A DNA stretch of 64,000 nucleotides from Candidatus Thorarchaeota archaeon. GTDB taxonomy: Archaea; Asgardarchaeota; Thorarchaeia; Thorarchaeales; Thorarchaeaceae. Position numbers and translations under genes: made by a program. The notes beneath the pieces were generated by a model, which was not told where the DNA came from, did no database searches, and worked only from the letters and a program-made list of their open reading frames with translations. Of the stretch, positions 1-7,931 are shown piece after piece; the first letter of the stretch is position 1; each line of letters begins with the position of its first letter. The DNA is taken from contig JBHIAE010000005.1 of NCBI GenBank assembly GCA_046758445.1, forward strand, positions 32,001 through 96,000. The letters run 5' to 3'.

Positions 1-1019
1 TTTGTTTCTGATTCCTTGACAGACAAGTGAACTCCGAGCGGAGTAGGATCACAGATTGCTCTTGGTGCAAGATGAATTGACTCAAGTAGATGTCGCCTGG
101 CAGCAAGCTTTCGGGGCTTTCTAAGTGTTCCACAGAGTCCTTTGACAGCAATATGCTCCTCCGTTCCAAGAGGGACTTCGATTGCATCGTGCAGGTGTAC
201 TATCGCTTGCAACTGGGTTTCACTTTCAGCACTGTGTGGTAATGCCTGAATGAGCTCCAGTATTCTACTGAACCCTCTCCATGAGTAGGTGTCAATATGC
301 TTCCTGAGATGCCGGACAAGGGGCTCCATTTTTGAGTCCGTTGATCTTTTGAACCACATTTCCCACCATTTCTCTCTGGAATCTCGTGACATCAGGGCAT
401 AGGCAATCCCATTTCCCACGGCTTGGCTCAATTCGAGAGTCCGGCGTGGCTCACTGAGCAGTTGAAGGAAAGCCGCTCTCGTGACAAGGCCAATGCCTCC
501 TGCGGCCTCAAGAAGATCCTGCTCAAACACCAAAACTCCGTCGCCATTCAGTTCAAGTCCGAACCCCTGGCTAGTTGATTCAATCTTCCCTCGGGTCACG
601 TATGTCGTTGGGAATTCAGGTTCTTTCCGTCCAAGTACGCGAGCAACCTTCTTGATTTCACGAGATAGGTCCTGTCTCAGTTCTTCAGTTGCCTCAATTC
701 TCAGCTCCTCCTCGGTCGGAGGTTTCACCTTCTCGTACTTAGCCAGAAGACGAGCGTTCTTCCTTATCTTCTCGTACTGCGCGTGCTCGACATTCTCCCC
801 TACTAGCATCACTCCATTTGTGTCAAAGAAGTAGACTCTGACATAGTCAACATTGACTACTCCAACAAGAAATGTGATTCCTTGAATCTTCGAGAAATGT
901 TTACGGATGGTCGCAGCCTTGACACGCAGGACATCTACGGTGGAAGCTCCCGTTTCTTGAAACTGCCGCTCGCCGAATGAAGCAATCTCCTTGGGAACAC
1001 CACGAACCTTGCGTGTCAA
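1..1019 (-). CDS. Hypothetical protein, 3' end runs off the window (partial; not in the ORF track)
   Basis: Read by hand on the minus strand: TTG at 1019, preceded by GAGGGA, opens MTRKVRGVPKEIASFGERQFQE... with no stop before position 1. Confidence 0.75.
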   Translation of the reverse strand, partial: MTRKVRGVPKEIASFGERQFQETGASTVDVLRVKAATIRKHFSKIQGITFLVGVVNVDYVRVYFFDTNGVMLVGENVEHAQYEKIRKNARLLAKYEKVKPPTEEELRIEATEELRQDLSREIKKVARVLGRKEPEFPTTYVTRGKIESTSQGFGLELNGDGVLVFEQDLLEAAGGIGLVTRAAFLQLLSEPRRTLELSQAVGNGIAYALMSRDSREKWWEMWFKRSTDSKMEPLVRHLRKHIDTYSWRGFSRILELIQALPHSAESETQLQAIVHLHDAIEVPLGTEEHIAVKGLCGTLRKPRKLAARRHLLESIHLAPRAICDPTPLGVHLSVKESET

Positions 1020-1088
1020 CCTAGATCCCTCACTGAATGACAGTTGACGGTTCCGCCTGATAAGAGTGACTACAATGTTTCGACAAAC

Positions 1089-1114
1089 GCTGGCATGAGA
1101 GTGCATGCCACAGC
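1089..1114. other. Short hairpin (TGGCATG-N6-CATGCCA) between two minus-strand genes; possible terminator or operator
   Basis: Perfect 7-bp inverted repeat at 1091-1110. Confidence 0.3.
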
Positions 1115-1173
1115 AGAAAGAGATTGTGACCAATACGTACGGACTGAAAGGTCGCGATAATTCAATGATCTGT

Positions 1174-1656
1174 TTATGCGACTTCAACAGATTCCATGTG
1201 CGTCTCGTACATTGGCATCAGGATGTTTCTTGTGGGTGTTGTGTTCATCACCACATCAAGAACCTCTTCATTCCTCATCAGAATGCAGCCCAGGAAATTG
1301 TACAGGAATTTGTCCAGTCTGATGTTGACTCCACGTCGAGGTACCTGAGTCAGAAGAAGTACGATGCTAAAGTCCCCGCGAGGCAACTGATTCAATATTC
1401 CTCGTTTCATATCAGGCTCGAGTTCATCCTCGAGTTGCCGGGTCATCACGCCTCGCTCCATGAAGTTGTAACGGATTCGTTCAAAGTCCCCGGACGAACT
1501 CTTCTTGGGGCGTATGAATGATATTGAGTATCCAAGTCGCTTTAGAGAGTTGTATCCAATATACGTCCTGAACAGCGGCGGACTAAGAGACTCAAGCTCC
1601 ACCTTACGTAGTTCTACAGTTTCTCCGTCTCTGCGCACTTTGAGGTTCAACCACAC
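1174..1656 (-). CDS. Hypothetical protein
   Basis: 160-aa ORF filling the gap between neighbours, with a TATA-like TTTAAATA upstream; no motif recognised. Confidence 0.65.
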   Translation of the reverse strand: MWLNLKVRRDGETVELRKVELESLSPPLFRTYIGYNSLKRLGYSISFIRPKKSSSGDFERIRYNFMERGVMTRQLEDELEPDMKRGILNQLPRGDFSIVLLLTQVPRRGVNIRLDKFLYNFLGCILMRNEEVLDVVMNTTPTRNILMPMYETHMESVEVA

Positions 1657-1716
1657 ACACTCCGTATAGGTCCCACAATTAGAACTATTAGAACCTATTT
1701 AAAGCGTTATGATACA

Positions 1717-2229
1717 TTAGTCCGCGAAGGCGCCTTCCAGGGCTAAAATCTCGGCCTTTTTGTCAAGTCCAAGTCCATACCCGCCTAGACCATTGGTGGC
1801 AACAACTCTGTGACACGGCACGATAGGGCAGAGTCTGTTTTGAGCCATGACATTCCCCACAAAGCGTGCTCCCCCTGGAATCTTTGCTCGACTTGCTACC
1901 GTCCCGTAGGTGGCCGTTTCTCCTCTAGGAATTCTGAGTGTCACTTTCATTACATTACGCTGTTTTTCGGTCAAGTCAGAGAGGTCTAGACGAATACTTC
2001 GCAAGACCGGATGGTCCTGGCCATTTGCGATGGCAAACACTGCCTCGAGAACCTTGTGATGGTCGCTCTGCCGGCTTTCAGCCAAACCTTCGGCATGGAC
2101 TGCTTGAATCGCTTCCGTTCGTGTTCTTCTGGGCAGTGATGTAGCGTAAAGACCTGACGATGTGAAAACGCCAGCTACCCAATCGCCATCCATCTCTAGT
2201 ACTGCAACTGTCTTCAGTTCCATAGTCAA
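1717..2229 (-). CDS. ogt: Methylated-DNA--protein-cysteine methyltransferase
   Basis: IPRGETATYG, ARFVGNVMAQN and the active-site PCHRV motif. Confidence 0.93.
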   Translation of the reverse strand: MTMELKTVAVLEMDGDWVAGVFTSSGLYATSLPRRTRTEAIQAVHAEGLAESRQSDHHKVLEAVFAIANGQDHPVLRSIRLDLSDLTEKQRNVMKVTLRIPRGETATYGTVASRAKIPGGARFVGNVMAQNRLCPIVPCHRVVATNGLGGYGLGLDKKAEILALEGAFAD

Positions 2230-2243
2230 TCACGGGCTGGACG

Positions 2244-3125
2244 CTATTTGTACTTCGCGCATTTCTTCAGCACAAAGCCAAGTATTGAGCTCAACTCGGG
2301 GTCACTCTTCTTCGACCCCATCTGTGACCATCCTCCGTCATTGTTCTGACTCTCCAAAATGAACTCAATGCTATGTCTGACAACCTGTTTCTCCTTGTCA
2401 CTCTCTGGAGGACAGACCGCTGTCAGATCGATCATGTCGTAAGTCGATTTGTTATCCACTGCATCCTTCAGATGCTGGTAGAGGGCCGCCCGTGCCCCCT
2501 GGAGGATTTCGCTGTCGGAGTTGATGCCTAGGGCTCTCAACCCTGAAAGGATGTTACCAGTGGCCAGAGGGTCAGATTCTTCCATGTCTCTGAAATCTGG
2601 CCAGTTCCCATCCTCGTATTGCATGTGCATCAGGAAGTCCCTGGCCCTGCGTAGCCGTTCTTCGTCCTCGAAATCAGCAAGACATAATGCTTCAAGGGCT
2701 TTGCCAGTGAGCCATGTCAAGGTCTTTCCTACGGGATACCATCTTCTTCCCCATGTCATTCCATATCGATCCTGGATCAGTGGGTCCAAGTTCAGGGTTT
2801 CAGAGAATCCCCCGTCTGCCTTTTGGCGTGAAACCAGAAACGTCACCATTTTCTGAATCAGTCCACCATGAGTTTCCTTGAATTTCGTCAGAAGAGGCAG
2901 CATCTCCGAGGTTTCTTTCACAGAACTTGGGTTCCCTTTGAATAGGTCGAAAGGGACGCCTCCGTCCTTGTTGAGCAGTGCCTCCAGGTCCTTCAGGAGG
3001 TCATCGACACTGTCCTCCGGAAGCTTGTACCCAGCAGAAACTAGACGCATCTTGTCCGCGATATTCCCATTCTCCAATATGTAGCTCTGAAGGTCGTAGA
3101 AATGGTCTGCACTAGTATCACTCAT
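2244..3125 (-). CDS. Prenyltransferase/squalene-oxidase repeat (alpha/alpha toroid) protein
   Basis: Three QW-like repeats: RQKADGGFS, MQYEDGNWP, SQNNDGGWS. Confidence 0.75.
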   Translation of the reverse strand: MSDTSADHFYDLQSYILENGNIADKMRLVSAGYKLPEDSVDDLLKDLEALLNKDGGVPFDLFKGNPSSVKETSEMLPLLTKFKETHGGLIQKMVTFLVSRQKADGGFSETLNLDPLIQDRYGMTWGRRWYPVGKTLTWLTGKALEALCLADFEDEERLRRARDFLMHMQYEDGNWPDFRDMEESDPLATGNILSGLRALGINSDSEILQGARAALYQHLKDAVDNKSTYDMIDLTAVCPPESDKEKQVVRHSIEFILESQNNDGGWSQMGSKKSDPELSSILGFVLKKCAKYK

Positions 3126-3259
3126 GAAAACTCCACCTATGTGCCAAAAGATCGGCTTGCGAAGAGCACCTCCGATACGTGGCAGCTGACAAAGTGGCTC
3201 TTCTTCCCAAATACAATTACCATCCGTATCCTGCCATTTTAAAGATTGTCCGGTACGTA

Positions 3260-3520
3260 TCAGTCCTCGGACTCGAAGTGCTCAAGAATCGCCTTCCTTC
3301 GCTCTCTGCGCTCGTCTTCTGAGATCTCTTCCTGCTGCCTGTCGTCTTCTTCTACAACAACAATCTTCTCACGAGGGCTGTGCTTAATTCTGTATTCCAC
3401 CTTGTACTCAGGCTTGGATCTCATGCTCTTCTCATGACCACATTCTCTGCACTTTAGAATCGCTTTCTTACCGCTTCTTTTCGGAAGCATCAGCGCGCCA
3501 CATTTCTCGCAGAACTCCAA
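3260..3520 (-). CDS. TFS/RpoM-like protein with only the N-terminal zinc ribbon
   Basis: FCEKCGALMLP...CRECG; probable TTG start at 3520 after GGGGAG (ORF track starts at 3568); no C-terminal ribbon. Confidence 0.75.
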   Translation of the reverse strand: MEFCEKCGALMLPKRSGKKAILKCRECGHEKSMRSKPEYKVEYRIKHSPREKIVVVEEDDRQQEEISEDERRERRKAILEHFESED

Positions 3521-3710
3521 GTCGCACTCCCCGACATAGTTTTTGGTCCGCATGCTCGTTGATGACACTCATTTAAGTTTGACTGTTGAGCACGAAATGA
3601 TGAAATCCGCGAATTCAAACCTAGAACTGAAAGAAACACTTATGATGAAGTGACTACGGCGGCCGTTTCATTCTCAGGAGCATCTTCCTATCTGAAGGTT
3701 GTAGTGAAAC

Positions 3711-5042
3711 ATGGTTCGAGTCATCCCTTTCAGAGCATTCAGATATGACGAAACGAAGGTTGGAGACCTCAGTAAGGTCGTAGCTCCACCCTACGACATC
3801 ATCAAGGGTCAGAAGGTGGATGAGCTTCAGTCGCTCTCCGACTACAACATCTCTTGGATAATCAAGAACAGACCCCGAGAAGGTGACACACCCGAGAATA
3901 ATCAGTACACCAGGGCGCGTGATCTTCTGAACCAGTGGATGGAAGAGCGTATCGTGATACAGGACGAACAGGAAGCATTCTACGTCTACGGGCAGAACTT
4001 CTCAGTGAATAACCAAGATCTGTTTAGATTTGGGTTCATAGGTCTGATTCAACTTGAGGATTTTACGCAAGAGGCTCCTGAGAGTGGTATGTTCGCTGGG
4101 GTTCTTCAACACGAAGAAACCTTGCCTAAGGACATCCAAGATAGACTCAGCCTGTGTAGAGCATGCATGACACAGTTTGGACAGATATTCGTCATATATC
4201 CGGACCCTGAAGGGGAAATTGATGACGTTCTTGAGAGGCAAATGAAGCAGAAACCGACTGTCGATGTCACAGACAGCGACGGTGTCCGGCACAGGATTTG
4301 GATGGTCGATAATGCTGAAGACACGAGACTCATCACCGAATACATGAATGAGAAGTACATAATCATAGCCGATGGACACCACAGGTACAAGACTGCGCTA
4401 GCCCTCTCCAGAGAGAATCCAGACCTCGAGAGTGCGAAGTATAGAATGCTGACATTTGTGAACATCTCGAACCCAGGACTAGTCATCCTTCCGACTCATC
4501 GGGTCGTTCAGAATCTGGAGGATTTCTCGAGGGAGGAACTACTTGCCAGATTGAACCAACACTTCACTGTAAATTCGTTTGGGAAGAAGGAAGACATGTT
4601 CGCTCTTATGGCTAAGAAGTTCGATAGCGGTGCTCACACTTTTGGCCTCTTCGTGAATGACGGAATTTTCTATGCCCTCACATTGAATGATCCAGACCTA
4701 ATGGATGAGGTGCTTCCAGACAAGTCTCCTGAACATCGCGGACTTGATGTGGCTATTCTGCACTCGCTCATCCTTGATCGCATGTTAGAGATTGATAGAG
4801 AGAAGCTTGCCCAGGGTACAATGAAGGGTGGAGGTTTCGTCGTCTATGTCAAGGGTATCGGCGACGCTGTAGAGGAAGCGATTAAGTCGGTCGAGGGTGA
4901 TGCTCAAGCAGTGTTCTTCATGAACCCAACACGGATTGAGGAGGTAGAGACCATTTCAAGAAACATAGAGGTGATGCCGCAGAAGAGCACCTTCTTCTTT
5001 CCGAAAGTGTGGACGGGCTTTACAATGAACAAGTTGCGATAG
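3711..5042 (+). CDS. DUF1015 family protein (ParB/Srx-like core)
   Basis: PFRAFRY, APPYDII, HEET, IADGHHRY and C-terminal MPQKSTFFFPK. Confidence 0.9.
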   Translation: MVRVIPFRAFRYDETKVGDLSKVVAPPYDIIKGQKVDELQSLSDYNISWIIKNRPREGDTPENNQYTRARDLLNQWMEERIVIQDEQEAFYVYGQNFSVNNQDLFRFGFIGLIQLEDFTQEAPESGMFAGVLQHEETLPKDIQDRLSLCRACMTQFGQIFVIYPDPEGEIDDVLERQMKQKPTVDVTDSDGVRHRIWMVDNAEDTRLITEYMNEKYIIIADGHHRYKTALALSRENPDLESAKYRMLTFVNISNPGLVILPTHRVVQNLEDFSREELLARLNQHFTVNSFGKKEDMFALMAKKFDSGAHTFGLFVNDGIFYALTLNDPDLMDEVLPDKSPEHRGLDVAILHSLILDRMLEIDREKLAQGTMKGGGFVVYVKGIGDAVEEAIKSVEGDAQAVFFMNPTRIEEVETISRNIEVMPQKSTFFFPKVWTGFTMNKLR

Positions 5043-5051
5043 GTGATTCAG

Positions 5052-6137
5052 ATGACAAAGAGAGTTTACAACTTCTATGCAGGTCCTGCAACACTACCGT
5101 TGCCCGCGCTCGAGAAGGCGCGAGAAGAGCTCCTAGACTTCGCCGGCACCGGCATGTCAATACTTGAGATCTCTCACAGATCAAAGGAATACGACAAGAT
5201 GCACAATGAAGCAACTAAACTAATACGAGAGTTGATGGAGATACCGGAAGAGTACAAGGTTCTTTGGCTTCAGGGTGGTGCATCAAGTCAGTTCTTTATG
5301 GCTCCTGTCAACTTGCAGATGCCAGGGAAACCTATGCAGTACGTGGACACGGGAACATGGTCATCGAAGGCACTGAAAGAGGCAAAGCTCTATGGAGAGG
5401 TACAGGTCGTAGCCTCGTCTGAGGATGACAACTACTCCTACATTCCAAAAGATGTAGGATTCAGTGAGAATGCAGCCTTTGCCCACATTACGAGCAACAA
5501 CACAATCTATGGGACACAATGGCAGCGATGGCCTGAAGTGCCAGACTCAGTTCCACTCGTCTGTGACATGTCTTCTGACCTCTTGGCTAGGAGAATCAAC
5601 GTGAAGGACTTCGGCGTGATCTATGCTGGTGCGCAAAAGAACCTCGGACCTGCTGGAGTCACACTTGTCGTGTTGAGAGAGGATTTAGTTGAGAGAGTGG
5701 CTGAAGATGTTCCAACACTAATGAAGTGGAAGACTGAGGTGGAAAAGAACTCGTTGTTTCATACCCCTCCGTGCTTTGCGATATACATATCCAAGCTTGC
5801 ACTTGAATACTGGAAGGAAGTCGGGGGTATTGCCAAGATAGAGAAGCAAAACAGGGAGAAGGCCAAGATTCTCTACGATGTGATTGATGGCTCAGATGGG
5901 TTCTACAGAGGACATGCGAGGGAAGACTCTAGGTCTCTCATGAACGTCACGTTTACTTTGGCGAATGCCGACCTCGAAGCCAAAGCCGTTGCTGAAGGAC
6001 TAGAGCATGACCTCGTAGGTCTGAAGGGACATCGATCCGTGGGAGGCATGAGAGCGTCCATCTACAATGCGATGACAATGGAAGGCACCAAGAAGCTAGC
6101 AGAGTTCATGACTCGTTTCAAAGAGAACAATCAGTAG
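5052..6137 (+). CDS. serC: Phosphoserine aminotransferase
   Basis: YNFYAGPATLP, SHRS, LQGGAS, DMSS, GAQKNLGPAG (PLP lysine), GHRSVGGMRASIYNA; ATG at 5052 follows AGGTGA. Confidence 0.95.
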   Translation: MTKRVYNFYAGPATLPLPALEKAREELLDFAGTGMSILEISHRSKEYDKMHNEATKLIRELMEIPEEYKVLWLQGGASSQFFMAPVNLQMPGKPMQYVDTGTWSSKALKEAKLYGEVQVVASSEDDNYSYIPKDVGFSENAAFAHITSNNTIYGTQWQRWPEVPDSVPLVCDMSSDLLARRINVKDFGVIYAGAQKNLGPAGVTLVVLREDLVERVAEDVPTLMKWKTEVEKNSLFHTPPCFAIYISKLALEYWKEVGGIAKIEKQNREKAKILYDVIDGSDGFYRGHAREDSRSLMNVTFTLANADLEAKAVAEGLEHDLVGLKGHRSVGGMRASIYNAMTMEGTKKLAEFMTRFKENNQ

Positions 6138-6195
6138 CGTCAATCGCCACGAACAAATGCGAAGTTCTTCTCCTTGATTGGGAGTCAAATCGCTG

Positions 6196-6843
6196 CTAGC
6201 GGTACTGCTTTACAGTCCTCAGAAACTTCTTGACGTTCTCTGTTATGATTTCGAAACGACCTTCACTGATAGCCTTCTTGTCAGTGATGGCACTACCGAC
6301 CCCTAGAGCAAATGCTCCAGCCTCCAGAAGTGGGCCTGCCGTTTCAAGATTGACGCCGCCAGTCGGCACAAGAGGAATCTGCGGAAGCGGCGCTCTGATC
6401 GCTTTTATGTATGCCGCACCACCTAGGTTTCCACAGGGAAACACCTTGACAGCATCAGCTCCCAAAGTGTAGGCATCAAGAATCTCAGATGGGGTCATTG
6501 CGCCTGGAATGCACGCCTTTGAGTGTCTTTGGGCCGCCTCGATGAGTTCTCTTGAGTACCCCGGGCTCACAATGAATTCGCTACCTGCCTGTACGGCCTC
6601 ATCTACCATCTCTGCGTTGAGAACAGTTCCAGTGCCTATGAGTACTTTGTTTCCAAGCTTCTGAGTCAGCTTGCGGACTACCTCAGTAGCACCCGGCACA
6701 CTGAAGGTAACCTCAATGATGTTGACTCCACCTTCCAGAAACGCCTCCGCCACATTGAACGCCTTTTCGGTTGAGTCTACTCTAATGATTGGGATCAGAC
6801 CTGTTTCATACACAAGATCCATTACCTTCTTTTTGTTCCACAC
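6196..6843 (-). CDS. eda: KDPG/KHG aldolase
   Basis: IEVTF, IGTGTVL, FIVSP, GAMTPSEI, VKVFP, PTGGVN. Confidence 0.92.
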   Translation of the reverse strand: MWNKKKVMDLVYETGLIPIIRVDSTEKAFNVAEAFLEGGVNIIEVTFSVPGATEVVRKLTQKLGNKVLIGTGTVLNAEMVDEAVQAGSEFIVSPGYSRELIEAAQRHSKACIPGAMTPSEILDAYTLGADAVKVFPCGNLGGAAYIKAIRAPLPQIPLVPTGGVNLETAGPLLEAGAFALGVGSAITDKKAISEGRFEIITENVKKFLRTVKQYR

Positions 6844-6855
6844 TTAAGCCAGCAC

Positions 6856-7851
6856 CTACCTGTCTATTCGGAGACCTCTCTCTCGACCCTTTATCAGCTT
6901 CTCAACTTCAGACTTGTATACAAATGCCAAATCGCCGGGGACTGAATGCTTCAGAGCAGAGAACGCTGAACCAAAGTCTACGGCTTTCTGCAGATCTTTC
7001 AGGATTAGATATCCATAGATGAAGCCGGCACTGCATGAGTCCCCTCCTCCGAGACGGTCCACAACTTCGACATCGTATGTGCGGCTTCGGTACACCTTTC
7101 CGTCCGAGTAGGCGAACACAGACCATTTGTTCTGCCATACTGATGGAGTTTCACGTAGTGTAATGACGACCACCTCAAAGCCAAACTTGTCAGTCAGCTT
7201 CTTAGCGACCTCCTCGCAGTCCTTTCCTTCAATCCCGTAGACTGTCTTTGTGTCCTCTTCAGTGGTTATCAGGATGTCAATGTGCTCTGACGCCGGTCCA
7301 GTGAACTTGTTTGCCTCCTTTGGAGTCCAGAGCTTGCCTCGGTAGTTCACATCGTATGATACTTTGCACCCCTGCTTCTGTGCCGCCGCGAGCACCTCAT
7401 TGGTTGCTTCTGCACAGGACGGACTGAGGGCCGGCGTGATTCCACTTGTGTGAAACAACTTTGTGCCTTTGAGAATGTCTTTCCAACTCACTTCCCCCGG
7501 CTTTATCTTGCTAATTGCTGATTCTCTTCGGTCATAGATGACACGGTTAGTTCTTGGAGCTGCTCCGAACTCCACGAAGTATACTCCACATCTGCTATCG
7601 GAGTCCCAGAGGATGTGTGACGTATCAACACCGTGTTCGCGCGCCTTGTTGCGAATGAAGTGACCAATTGAATTGTCGCCTAACTTGGTAACATAAGCCG
7701 ACTCGAGTCCAAGTCGGGCACAGGCAACTGCCACATTCATCTCCGCTCCCCCGGCATGTGCATCAAAGCCAGTTGTCTGTTCAAATCTCATGAAGTTGGG
7801 CGGTGAGAGTCTGAGCATGACTTCACCAAAGGTTACTACATCATATCCCAT
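6856..7851 (-). CDS. kdgK: 2-keto-3-deoxygluconate kinase (PfkB family)
   Basis: VVTFGEVMLRLSPP, GGAEMNVA, YDR, SGITPALS, DVNYRGKLW, VDRLGGGDS, ALKHSVPGD. Confidence 0.88.
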   Translation of the reverse strand: MGYDVVTFGEVMLRLSPPNFMRFEQTTGFDAHAGGAEMNVAVACARLGLESAYVTKLGDNSIGHFIRNKAREHGVDTSHILWDSDSRCGVYFVEFGAAPRTNRVIYDRRESAISKIKPGEVSWKDILKGTKLFHTSGITPALSPSCAEATNEVLAAAQKQGCKVSYDVNYRGKLWTPKEANKFTGPASEHIDILITTEEDTKTVYGIEGKDCEEVAKKLTDKFGFEVVVITLRETPSVWQNKWSVFAYSDGKVYRSRTYDVEVVDRLGGGDSCSAGFIYGYLILKDLQKAVDFGSAFSALKHSVPGDLAFVYKSEVEKLIKGRERGLRIDR

Positions 7852-7931
7852 TAGACCACTCTCGAGCGTTCAGGCAAACAAGTGGGTTGTTTAGTGGTCT
7901 AAATGTTAAATCTGTCGTCAATGATACCTTT

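Noticed and set aside
481-1521. Plus-strand ORFs 481-834 and 1105-1521, and the many similar short antisense ORFs across the track
   Set aside because: They lie opposite better-supported genes and have Ser/Arg-rich shadow composition
5040-5052. DUF1015 TAG stop is in frame with serC, suggesting pyrrolysine readthrough into a fusion
   Set aside because: TAG is the ordinary stop of many complete genes here, both proteins are full length, and AGGTGA over the stop is simply the serC RBS
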